NCBI RefSeq assembly: GCF_964204865.1
Contig: NC_135260.1
Coordinates: forward strand, 5,642,001-5,706,000
Source of the DNA: Styela clava
Taxonomy: Eukaryota
Length of the DNA stretch: 64,000 bases
Direction: 5' to 3'
This document shows, piece by piece, positions 1 to 12,313 of the stretch (positions within the stretch are counted from its first letter, which is position 1; every line of letters starts with the position of its first letter). Position numbers and translations under genes: made by a program. The notes under the pieces are model-generated. The model worked only from the letters and a program-made list of their open reading frames with translations, had not been told where the DNA came from and ran no database searches.

Positions 1-1120
1 TTTTTGGCTAAAACATTTCAGTACGCACTTCAGCGTTTGAAATGAACTTCCTCCTACGTGTCCTAGCTGTATTCCTAATAGCAATGTGCTCAATTATTTC
101 AAGTCATTATCTACTAGAAACACTGTCCCTTAGAATGTCATTTGACACTTACAAAAAATAGTCTTTTTAGTAAGCAGTTCAGTTTTTTTAAGTCTTTCAA
201 ACTTCTAGAGCTTGAGACCATTCTTTGATTAAATTTTGGAGAAATATTCATTGCCTACTATAATTATTTCTAGACCCATGCATTGATAATCTTGTGTGTT
301 GACTTCTGATAGAAGTAAAAAAAAAAAAAAACAGAAAAGAATTTCATATCATGGCAAAGAGAAAAACAAATAATACATGCTTAAATTGGTGAAATTGATA
401 ATTTTTCAAGTGAAACTATCCCAACAATATAATTTTCAACCATGTATGAGATTGAGAAAATATCAATTCTATACATGTAAACATGTTTTTGGCTTTATAA
501 GACTGATAAAATATGGATAACTTTTTTTGTTAATTCAAATACAGTAGACGAAATATAATTAATTTCGAATCGATTTGAATACCGGTAATTGATTTTGGAC
601 ATTACAGGGAACCTACCACTTTCAAACTAATATTTGCGACTGTTTCTGCATGTCTTTTTAAAATATCTTAGTGTTTTATTTTGTTAAAACCATAATCGGT
701 TTGCTATTGTTTAAATATAACATAAATAAATTTATTGTGAAATATTGAGTGCTGAACATTATTAAACAATATTTAATGGGAGTCACGACAAAAAGTACCA
801 CGACACCAGGAAATGCTAAGATTACCTATTCGCCCACAATCTCGCAGTTTTGAAGCAGTTAGTAGTATGGGATAGGTTTGAAACTGAACTTCAAATGAAA
901 TTTAAAAATGACTGAAAAAGTTTAGTTGCAGCAGATAAGATGCAAAAATCCATTGACAGTAACCAGTAATGCTAACCAGTTTGCTGATCTCATAAAATTC
1001 TGTAAGACGGTTTTATAGAACCGGTGCGAACCGGCTGAATTCCACCACTGAGCATATCGAACTAATATAGATACCCACCGAGTGAGTGTGCATGAGTAGG
1101 GACAAATGGACCAATAAATT
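1..1120 (+). repeat. Third copy of the region downstream of copies 3 and 5 (matches ~17353-18467 and ~27853-28790)
   Basis: Direct sequence match starting at tttttggctaaaacattt. Confidence 0.9.
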
Positions 1121-2769
1121 TTTGCTTGAGATGTCAAGATGACTAGCGGAATGTTTTTAAGACAACAACAGCCTACTCACAATAAAACTAACTCAAAAGT
1201 GAAATTACAAACAAACACTCAAGAACCACTTGATAATTAATTTATTAATTACTGTTGAGTAGAAGTTTAATTTACAACCATTTCTTATTTATGAACATCT
1301 AATAACTGACAAACTTCATATTTTAATAGCATTAAATTTGAAAAAAATTCTACATTCTAAGAATGACTTGCCTGATTTCTGATTTCTGTTTTGTTTCCTT
1401 TTCAACTTCCTATTCTAACAAATATGTTGTCACACAGATTCTGTAAAATGAATGAAATAAATAATACATTAATGTCTAATAAAGTTTGGCAGTTTCCAAG
1501 AAGCAAAAGTCTGGTTAGTAAAGAAGATTTATTCAATGTAAGAGGGAAGGTTATATTCCCAGAAAACTTTCACTCCTATAAAAGCTCAGCACAAAATAAT
1601 AAATAAAAAAGTGAATTTTGGAAATTTACTCACGAAAGTAAGAGTTATCAGCGGCAGAAATCACAAATCATAATGAAACTCTATGACTCTGATCAAAACC
1701 TTACCTACTCAAAAAAACAAAACAGCTGAATTCAAAAAGCATAATCTATCCAGTTCCCAACTTCACCAATTCCTCATTGTCAGTTTACAGCAAATAAAAA
1801 TAAATTTGACCTCAATAGATAAATAATCTACCATTTATGGTGACTCTGGATATAGCTCCAACCCGAAATAAAAGACACATGAATTCATTGCTTAATCAAG
1901 CCACATTACTATAATTTGAACTAATAAAGTGCTATGCGAAAAATAATTGTTAATATTGCCAATAGCAACTCTGCAATGTAAGAATATCTGAATATGGCAT
2001 ACTTCCTGACTGTCGTTCGACATTCTGACACTTTTTTTCACCCATGAGTGATAAATCAACTTCCTATATACAGAATTAACGATGCTCATTGTAAGTTACA
2101 ATAAATATTTATAATCAGCAGTATTTGATGAAACAATCATCCGTGAGCATTGCTTGTTTCCAGTATTAGTCATAGGGGGAAACTCATTTGAATTAATTAT
2201 CCAGAACTTATAAGTTTGGACATTATTGGTAGACTGAAATAAATAGCAACAATTTACAAGATATGCAACTCAAGAGTCCTGGTACACACTGAAACAGATA
2301 TAATTCTGTAACGTTTCATCTGACCAAAATCAATCATGCGGTTTAAATGTGACGATAAATAAATTCGTTTGAAAATAACTGTGACCTAAATAATGAGTTA
2401 ATTATTTATATTTAGAAACAGATTGTGATGAAAAAAAATACAATCAGACTCCTAAATTGCATAGTATGGTATTTTTATTCCTGCTACAGCATTCTTGCAT
2501 TATCCGCATACGATTCCACTAGCGCAAGGGCATTGAGGAAGGATTGGGAGTTAGTCTAACTCAACCTGTACTGATAATTTACAAGATATTCTAATAATGC
2601 GCAAAAGACAATTTCAAGTTTCGTTTGGCTTCATTTTCCAGCAATGTGGTTGACAAGGGAATCTCACTTAAACTTTACAGTAGGTTTAACATCTCAAATG
2701 TTTTATTTCAAAATGGGCTACATGAGTATTCATTTTCTCATTTCAGAAGAGTCCTATAGTTGAGTAATC

Positions 2770-2978
2770 GGTACTCACGTAGTATATGTACCAGGTTAGA
2801 GTTACGTCATAATTTTATTCCGGTTTTTCTTATTTTAGTTCTACTACGATTTCGGGGAATGTCTGTATTAGCCAAGTGAATATACCCCCATAGATTTCAG
2901 TTTGTTCATACAACTTAATGTTAAGTAAGCAAACAAAATTAATTACCTACATATTGGTACATAGACTTCTGGAGCGCC
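2770..2978. mobile_element. Merlin-like MITE (~210 bp) upstream of copy 1
   Basis: Imperfect terminal inverted repeats (TIRs) GGTACTCCCGTAGTAT.TGTACCA and GGCGCTCCAGAAGTAT.TGTACCA (family consensus), with 8-bp TSD gagtaatc/gagtaatt. GGNRM termini plus an 8-bp TSD fit Merlin; the superfamily call is inferred. Confidence 0.7.
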
Positions 2979-3235
2979 GAGTAATTTATAGATATATCAA
3001 TGAGTAAGTATATTAGCAATTTCAAATAATATTCATCCACCAGTAGCGACTAACCTGTTTAAGGACTGTTCAACCTATGAATCAAATGTTTCGAATTGTA
3101 ACAAAGAAAATCTTAAACTTCTATATAAATGAGAAAACAAAAGTGCCAAGATAATACATGACACAAGTAGACCACCGTTATGTTGTAATGATATTTCGCC
3201 CACATTCCTAATTATAATAATGAATATAAGTCAGT

Positions 3236-3330
3236 AATCATTACGTAGTAGCAACCAGAGGGAAGTGTTTCATAGTCACTGATTCCTATTAACAAGGAGA
3301 AATTCTGAATATAAATCAGAAGCTTGTTAC
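3236..3330 (+). promoter_or_regulatory. Conserved proximal upstream block with TATA-like box (present before all copies except 9)
   Basis: cattacgtag...gtcactgattc...aacaaggaga.attctgaaTATAAAtcagaa, about 160 bp upstream of the ATG and conserved across paralogues. Promoter function is inferred. Confidence 0.5.
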
Positions 3331-3467
3331 ATGAAGTGTTGAGACAGGTCTTTGTTTCGTCAGTTGGATTTTGTCTTTATCTATGTCAGTACTTTATAAT
3401 GAATTAAGTTATTGAAGAAACAAAGTAGAGAGAAGTTTTTAAAGAAGTTGCTGAAGATAAACTCAAC

Positions 3468-6424
3468 ATGTGGAAACGTTCAAAACTCTTCAATTGCAAA
3501 TGGTTGTTTATCATGATAATTGGTGAGATCTTACTTACATAAATAATTCTTACAAAATTACAACTATGGGGAGGCATAAGTATTGCTTCACATTAATTTG
3601 ATAACAGCAAATTTTATTTTAAATTTTTTTTTTTGTCCAATGAATTTGCCTCGATATTAAACCAATCACAATAAATTAGAGATCACATTATGAAAATTTT
3701 AATATGATTTTTCAATTTCTCAAGTGTTTAAAAACAGGAATAAAAAAGTTTCATACATTATATTAATAGCTTAGTTAAGACTTTGTACGTATTACAGATA
3801 TAAACAGATTACATCATTAAAATATGGAGGTCTTTCAATTCCGAAAAATTCAATTTTGAATGCAATTGATCTAGTTTTTGTAATCCTTATAGTACTCATC
3901 ATTGGTCTGAATGGAGCACGAACATGCACTGATTGTCGCAGTGTAACGCTTAGTACAGAGAACAAGAATATCATACATGGACCAAGTAATGAATACAACT
4001 GCAACTGTGATTGGACAATACCAACAAGTATGGAGACAGATCATGAAACTGCAGTTGTTCTGTTGTTACAAAATGTTTCACTTCCAAAGACAACTAGTAG
4101 TGGAAGTATAGACTGCAGCGGAGAAATCAGACTCCCAAGTAAGTTTTAACTGATGTAAGTAGGCTATTCAAGGATGACATCTCCAACATCAAAACATTCG
4201 TTTACTTGACAATATTAATTTGTTTCATGCAGGATGGGATGGATATAAATGTGAATTTCCAAGCAACTACTGTCTTGCATTTGCAACTGCATCAACCGTT
4301 TGCAACATCAACAAAATCAGAGAGAAAATTTCAGTTGCAAATCACACCTGTGATTCAATCATTCCGTGGAATTATGCTGGAGGAAGCCCATACAAGATAC
4401 ATTACTATGCAGCAAACCGTGCTGGTTACACTAAATACTTCACAATACAATACCATGTAATAGATTGCAGACCAACAACAACCACACCTGCACTCAGTGA
4501 GTAAATTCAATATTTTTATGCAATGCTTAATCATGTCTTATGCTCAAGTAGTCACAGATATGCCAATCTATAAAGAACCATAATTATCAAACCCGGGTGA
4601 GGTGGTGGGATGAGGGGAACCTGAGATGTGTAACCTACAACTGGAGTGGGCAAGGTTTTGGACTAGGGGCCAGAAATTTTGCCCATCTAGAATGACGGGC
4701 CATGTAAGTATAACGTGAAAAGTCACATTTTATGAACGATACTTAGTGTTACAAAAGCAAAAGTGGAAAACAATAAGTCTCATGCTAAAACTAAATCAAT
4801 CGCAATCTCAACAAATTCCTTGAGCTATTTTTAGCTAAAATATCAAAATTTAGTTTTAGTTTGGTTATGGCAGCATCAGGCGGGCCAAATTGAACTACCA
4901 AACGATCCGGATTTGGCCCGCAGGCTATAGTTTGCCCATGTCAGTCCTACAATGTGAACACAGTTTAAGTGTAACAACTTAACCCTGTGGTAACACTAGT
5001 GGTACGTACGTGGAAGCTTTCAAGTGGTACGCGAGTAGTTTGAATTATTGCAACAATTAACTTTTGAGTTGGCTAAAATATGGCAACAACGGGTTTATAT
5101 CAGCAGTTCTTGTTTTGAGACAGCCCTCGCCCGCTACTGCCCACCTAAAACGAAACAATGGACAAAACCTTCAACCCCTGATGGCAATCAACGCAAATTC
5201 TATCGTGATTTTGCACGCAATTAACACGTTGTTACTGCATAAAATAAATACTTCGAAACTTTGCAGGAGATCTAAAATGGATGTAGTGCTACATAAAATA
5301 CTATCATAGCGCGTTTCTTGTGCCATGGTTCCCCACCACAAAATAAAGTTTTTTCGGTGGTACGCGGCCAGAGTAAAAAGAACAAAAGTGGTACCGGTCA
5401 GTGGAAGATTGAGAACCGCTGCCTTAACCAATAAGGCCAGGCGATCATGCCCATATTGCTCTTGTTGAAACGATATAACATAATTTCAGGATGTGAGAAT
5501 CAAACTTTTATTACAAAATTTTAGCCACGGTAACTGAGCAAGCAACAACAACAGCAACTCATCAAAAAGATACATCATCTAATAAAATAGACTTTGACTC
5601 AACCAGTGAATCAACCAGAACATCTGGCAATGTTCAATGTTCAACTGAAAACAGTGAAAGCTGCAGCTGCCAAACATCACTGATCATCGCTATCCCAGTA
5701 TCAGGAATTGTGAGTTTGATCGTTGGGGCTTTGTTGACGTTCATAATACCAAGGTAAGCATAGATATTGTATATTAAATGAATGTCAATGAAAATGCATA
5801 AATTACCAAGTGGGCAATCTATCAAGTACAAAAAAATGTGTGCCACTCTGCCTCAGGGTTGACAAAATTTGAATACAAGTTTGAAAAAATAAAACCCAAT
5901 TTCAGCCAATTTTGTATAACAAATTATTTCGTTGAAAATGTTGCCATTTGCAAAATCCAAGTTTCATGGAAAACTTTTGGATACATCTTTTAACTCTGAT
6001 GCCAAAAAAATTTATATCAACTACAGTCTCGGATCCAATTCCAGCTAAATATGACAAACTTGACTGTTTATCGTAGATTCAGTGACGTCAGAAGCAGATA
6101 TTAAAACAGCAAATGATTACCGGTAGTCTCAATTACAGTATCAAGTAAATACATATAGTAATTATTAACTCAGAATCTCAGATTATATTTCTATCAAACA
6201 CCAGGTATTGCAATAACAACAAGAAGAAACCAAAGAACAACGATTCAATGGAAATGGGAAGCATTCAACATCAGCAGCCAACTGTCCATGAACGAACAAC
6301 ATATGAAAACTACACACCAACATCAGATGAAAGTGGATATGAAGTTCCGATTCCAGTTGATAACAAGAATGAACAACAATATGAGATTATAACAACTGGA
6401 AAGGAATATCAATATGATAATTGA
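3468..6424 (+). CDS. Copy 1: CUB-like domain type I membrane receptor with Tyr-motif tail, full length (~337 aa)
   Basis: Exons 3468-3522, 3893-4138, 4233-4496, 5525-5753, 6205-6424. All introns are GT-AG with phases 1,1,1,2 and the frame is open. Signal MWKRSKLFNCKWLFIMII; CDWTIP...YFTIQY; TM SLIIAIPVSGIVSLIVGALLTFII; tail YENY, one YEVP unit, YEII, YQYDN. Confidence 0.88.
4641..4944. mobile_element. hAT-like MITE in intron 3 (also at 10918-11222, 21261-21564, 57320-57634, 62888-63141)
   Basis: Ends C(A/T)GGAGTGGGCAA and TTGCCCATGTCAG. The 8-bp TSD tcctacaa is perfect in copy 4. Confidence 0.65.
4985..5421. mobile_element. hAT-like insertion specific to intron 3 of copy 1
   Basis: Absent from paralogous introns. 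Right end ttgagaaccgctg, TSD acttaacc/ccttaacc. Confidence 0.75.
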
Positions 6425-8748
6425 AAGCTTGGACATATCTTTTTTAAAAGTCACAAACTATGCCACAGAAATTTTGTAACATAAATTTTGGCAAAAATAT
6501 GAACTAAACTTTGATCGGCTCTCCGAAACAATTTAGAAGTTGTTCGTATCTGTGATATATTCTTCAACAACGTTTTACATATTAAATTATATCAATTTAC
6601 AATTATCTATAGGTAATACATTTGATTCGAAGAACTTTTCCATGCAGTGCCTTATCTGGGAAAAGTTGTAGCCCAAGCAGCCACTCAGCATAATCTACTA
6701 ATATAGCTAATCTGTGAGTGAGTGTGTGGACCAATCAAGAGCTTTGCATGATAGTGTCTAGATCAGTGGTTTTCAAACCTATATGTACTGTAGCCCCTTT
6801 ACAGCACTCTATATATCACATCGCCCCCCGGCAAATAAAGAAGAAGACAAATTAATAACACAATTACAAAAATTATAATAATAGAACATGGTATTTGTCA
6901 GCCAAATTAGCTTGGGATCTTCAGCAAATTTATTCAATGTCCAGAGATAATTTGGTCAGGTACAGCCTTAGATGGGCAATTTGATAAGTCAAAGCTAAAA
7001 AAAAACAATTGTTCTACTTCTTCGTAAATAAGTAGGTATTTGAGATAACTTGCGACATAATTAGAACCTCTTTTTGCAAAAATTCATTTTGGTTTGTGAT
7101 AATTTTGACCATTTCAAGAAAGCATTACCCCCAATCCTACCTCCAATGTGACTCCTTTAACCCCAAGACGACGCTACTGGCTTCTTATTATAACAAAATC
7201 CAGTTTACACAACTGTTGATCGACAAATGTCGGTATTTTTACATGCTCCTTAATCACAATGAATTTGAAATGCTTCTATGATAAGTATTCTTGCCTGTTT
7301 TCAGATTTCTTCTTTGTTTCTTTTTCGATTTTTCAACTTGCTCTTGTATCAATAATGTTGTCAAACAGATTCTGTAAAATGAATGAAATAAATTATACAA
7401 ATGTCTGATATAGTTTGGCAGTTTTTATGAACAAAAGTCTGGTTAGTAAAGAAGACTTATTCAATAGAAAGGCAGGTTATATTCCAAGAAATCTTTCACT
7501 CTTATAAAGACTTGACCAATATAGTAGAAAAGAAAAGTAAATCACAATAATGATTAGTTTTCTTCATTTAGGGAGTACGAAAAGGTATCAATGTTGCAAT
7601 CACAAATCATAATAAAACTCTGACTCTGATCAAAGCCTCATCTACTGAAATATGAATGAAATAAAATAAAATAACATAATTTTTCCAGTTTCCAACTGTA
7701 CCAACTCCTTATTGTCAATTGAAGGCAAATAAAAATAAATTTGATCTCAAAAGCTATATAATCTACCATTTATGGTGACTAAAGATATAGCTCCAACTCA
7801 AAATAAACGCAGGAATTCATTGCTTAATCACCTAACATTACTATAATTTAAACTAATAAACTGATAAGCAAAAATAAATGTCAGTATTACTAAAAAAACA
7901 CATTATCTTGCAATGTAAGAATATCTGAAGATGGCATACCTCATGATTGTCAGTCGACATTCTGACACTTTCTTCAACTATGAGTGATAAATCAACTACC
8001 TATATACCAGAATCAACGACGCTCATAGTATGTTATATAATAAATATCTATAATCAGCAGTATTTGATGAAACAATCATTCGTGAGCATTGCTAATAATT
8101 TTAGTTTCCATTATTAGTCATAGGGGGAAACTCGTTTGAATTAATTATCCAGAATTTATAAGTTTGGACATTATTAGTAGATTGAAATAAATAACAACAA
8201 TTTACAAGATATGCAATTCAAGAGTCCTGCTACACACTAAGACAGATATATTTCTGTAACGTTTCATCTGACCGAAATCAGACTCCCTCAGACAAGCAGT
8301 TTACAACAATGACAAGAAAAGAACAATCATGCGGTTTAAATGTGACGATAAATAACTGTGACCTGAATAATGAATTAATTATTTATATTTAGAAACAGAT
8401 TGCGACGAAAAAAATACAATCAGACTCTTGAATTACATAGTATGAAATTTTTATTCCTGCTACAGCATTCTTGCATTATCCGCATACAATTCCACTAGCG
8501 CAAGGGCATTAAGAAAGGGTTGGGAGTTAGTCTCACGCAACCTGTACTGATAATTTACAAGATGTTCCAATAATAGGCAAATGACAATTTCAAGTTTCGT
8601 TTGGCTTCATTTTCCAGCAATGTGGTTGACAAGGGAATCTCACTTAAACTTAACAGTAGGTTTGACATCTCAAATGCTTTCTTTCAAAATGGCCTACAAG
8701 AGTATTTTATTATTTCTGAACAGGATCCAGTCCTATAGTTGAGTAATC

Positions 8749-8962
8749 AGTACTCCCGTAGTATATGTACCAGGTTAGGGTTACGTCATAGTTTTGTTCC
8801 GATTTTCCTTATTTTAGTTCTATTACGAGTTCGGGGACTGTCTGTCTTAGCCAAGTGAATATACCTCCTGCCCATACGATTCAGTCACTTTACACAAGTT
8901 GATGTAAAGTAGGCGAACAAAATTAGTTACCTCCATATTGGTACATATACTACCGGAGCGCG
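8749..8962. mobile_element. Merlin-like MITE upstream of copy 2
   Basis: Same element and insertion site, gagtaatc on both sides. Confidence 0.7.
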
Positions 8963-9388
8963 GAGTAATCAATAGATATATCAATGAGTAAGTATATTAC
9001 CAATTCAAAATAATATCCATGAACAAAGAAATTCCCACACTCCTACACAAATGGCAAACATTACAAAATGTCAAGATAATACATGCCACAAGAAGATCAT
9101 CACAATGTTGTAATGATAATTCGCCTACATTCTTAATCATAATATTAATATAAGTCAGCAATCATTACGTAGTAGCAACCAGACAGAAGTGTTTCATGGT
9201 CACTGATTCACATTAACAAGGAGAGATTCTGAATATAAATCAGAAGCTTGTTACATCAAGTGTTGAGGCAGGTCTTGTATTTTGTCAGTTGGATTTTGCC
9301 TTTATCTATGTCAGTACTGAGTAATGGATTAAGGGATTGGAGAGAAAACAAAAAGAAGTTTAAAGAAGTTGCTGAAGATAAACTCAAC

Positions 9389-12313
9389 ATGTGGAAACAT
9401 CCAAAACTCTTCAATTGCAAATGGTTGTTTATGCAGATAATTGGTGAGATCTTACTTACTTACAATAAGTTTAGTTACACATTCTGCTGTTACACAACCA
9501 ACTGTGATGGGCATTATTAGTTTCAAATTATTTACAATTACAGTAATTTGAAATTGTCTCACCAAATTATAATAAGCAAATTCTTTAAAATCAAATCGCG
9601 GACAATTGAGGTTATTTAACTTTTGTTTTCAAAACATATTTCACATCCAGATTCAATATAAAAATATTATATAATTTTAACTATTTTGTCTTTCAAATAC
9701 CTCGAATGTTTAAAAAAGGAATAATTAAGTTTTATACAATTATTCATGGATTTAAGAATCTGTAATACAATTGAAAAAGGATTATAAAATATATTTGATT
9801 TATAAATGTGTTTTAAAATTCGTAGTACTTCCAATTAAAAAAAATAAGTTCTATTGCAAATGAATAATCCCTTTTTAGCATTTAGTATTGATCTGAATGA
9901 AGCAGCACCCTGCACTGATTGCTCTAATATCATACTTGGAACAGAGAGCATCAATATAACATATGGACCGAATATGAATGAATACGATTGCAACTGTGAT
10001 TGGACAATACCAACAAGTATGGACACAGATCATGAAACTGCAGTTGTTCTGTTGTTACAAAATGTTTCATTGCCATTGACAACTAGTATTGGAAGTATAG
10101 ATTGCTCTGGAGGAATCAGATTCCCAAGTAAGCTGTATTATACTAATTACCGTACTGTTAATATACTACCGTATGCTATTCTAATATACAGCAACAATGA
10201 ATAAAAAACATCAGTAACTATAAAAATGCATAAAACCTTCACAGGAACGGATAGTTACAAATGTGAATTTTGGTGATCTCTGGTCTACAAAATAGGCTAA
10301 TAACAATGCAAACAAATATGTAATGTTTTAAATTAGAGGTTTGTAAAGCTGCAGTACATAAACAAAGCACACAGACGCTATGCTTATATTTATGACAAGT
10401 TGATACGACATTTGCGGACCCATGTACTTGATTACTGTATACCCTTCTAAAATACAGCAGCGATTAATAACAAAAAAACATTAGTAAATACCAAAAATGT
10501 ATCAACACTTTTATAGGCAATGCTCCTCACAAATGTGATTTTGCAATCAACTACTGTCTTGCATTTGCAACTGCATCAACCGTTTGCAACATCAACATAA
10601 TCAGAGAAAAAATTCCAGTTGCAAATCACACCTGTGATTCAATCATTACATGGAATAAAGCTGGAGGAAGCCCATACAAGATACAATATTATGCAGGAAA
10701 CTATGCTGGTTACACAAAATACTTCACAATACAATATCTTGTAATAGATTGCAGACCAACAACCACAACTGCACTAAGTGAGTAATTTTTTTTTATGCAA
10801 TGCTTAATCATGTCTTATGCTCAAGTAATCACAGATATACCAATCTATAAAAAACCATATTTATCACACCTGGGTGAGGTGGTGGGATGGGGGGAACCTG
10901 AGATGTGTAACCTACAACAGGAGTGGGCAAGGTTTTGGACTAGAGGCCAGAAAGTTTGCCCACCTAGAATGACGGACCATGTAAGTATAACGTGAAAAGT
11001 TACATTTTATGAACGATACTTAGTGTTACAAAAGCAAAATTGGAAAACAATAAGCCTCGTGCCAAAACTAAATTTAATCGCAATCTCAACAAATTCCTTG
11101 AGCTATTTTTGGCTAAAATATCAAAATTTAGTTTTAGTTTGGTTATGGCAGCATCAGGTGAGCCAAATTAAACTACCAAATAAGCCGGATTTGGCCCGTG
11201 GGCTGTAGTTTGCTTATGTCAGTCCTACAATGTTAACACAGTTCAAGTGTAACACCTTAACCACTAAGGCCATACGATCACGCCCATATTGCTCTTGTTG
11301 AACAATATAACTCAATTTCAGGATGTGAGAGTCAAACTTTTATTACAAAATTTTAGCCATGGTAACTGAGCAAGCAACAACAACAGCAACTCATCAAAAA
11401 GATACATCATCTAAAAAAATATACTTTGACTCAACCACTGAATCAACCAGAACATCTGGCAACGTTCAATGTTCAACTGAAAACACAGAATGCAGCAGTT
11501 CCCAAACATCACTGATCATTGCTATCCCAGTATCAGGATTCATGGGTTTGATCATTGGAGCTTTGTTGATGTTCATAATACCAAGGTAAGCATAGATATT
11601 ATATAATAAATGAATGTCAATGAAAATGGATAAATTACCAAGTGGGCAATCTATCAAGTACAAAAAAAATGTGTGCCACTCTCCACCTGAGAGTGATACC
11701 TGCTTCAAGAATGACAAAATTCAAATACAAGTTCGAAAAAATAAAACCCAATCTCAGCCAATTTTGTATAACAAATTATTTTGTTAAAAATGTTGCCATT
11801 TGCAAAATCCAAGTTTCATGGCAAACTATTGGATACATTTATTGACTCTGATGACAAAAAAATTTATATTAACTACAGTTTCGGATCCAATTCCAACTAA
11901 ATATGCCAAACTTGACTGTTTATCGTAGATTCAGTGAAGTCAGAAGCAGATATTAAAACAGCAAATGATTACCGGTAGTCTCAATTACAGTATCAAGTAA
12001 ATACATATAGTAATCATTAACTTTGATTATATTTCTATTAAACACCAGGTATTGCAATAACAACAAGAAGACACCAAAGAACAAAGATTCAATGGAAATG
12101 GGAAGCATTCAAAATCAGCAGCCAACTGTCCATGAACGAACAACATATGAAAACTACACACCAACATCAGATGAAAGTGGATATGAATATCTGAATCAAG
12201 TCGATAAAAAGAATAAACAAAGTGGATATGAAGTTCCGATTCCAGTTGATAACAAGAATGAACGACAATATGAGGTTATAATAACTGGAAAGGAATATCA
12301 ATATGACAATTGA
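9389..12313 (+). CDS. Copy 2: CUB-like membrane receptor, full length (~352 aa)
   Basis: Exons 9389-9443, 9879-10127, 10517-10777, 11357-11585, 12049-12313, open frame. Two tail units (SGYEYL and SGYEVP). Confidence 0.88.

Noticed and set aside
6301-6391. Canonical ITAM in the standard tail
   Set aside because: The first motif is YxxP and the spacer is 10 residues, so it does not fit YxxL/I-x6-8-YxxL/I. Only copy 8 is ITAM-like.
8772-8784. GGTTAGGGTTA as a telomeric repeat
   Set aside because: Only about two units, and an internal part of the MITE.
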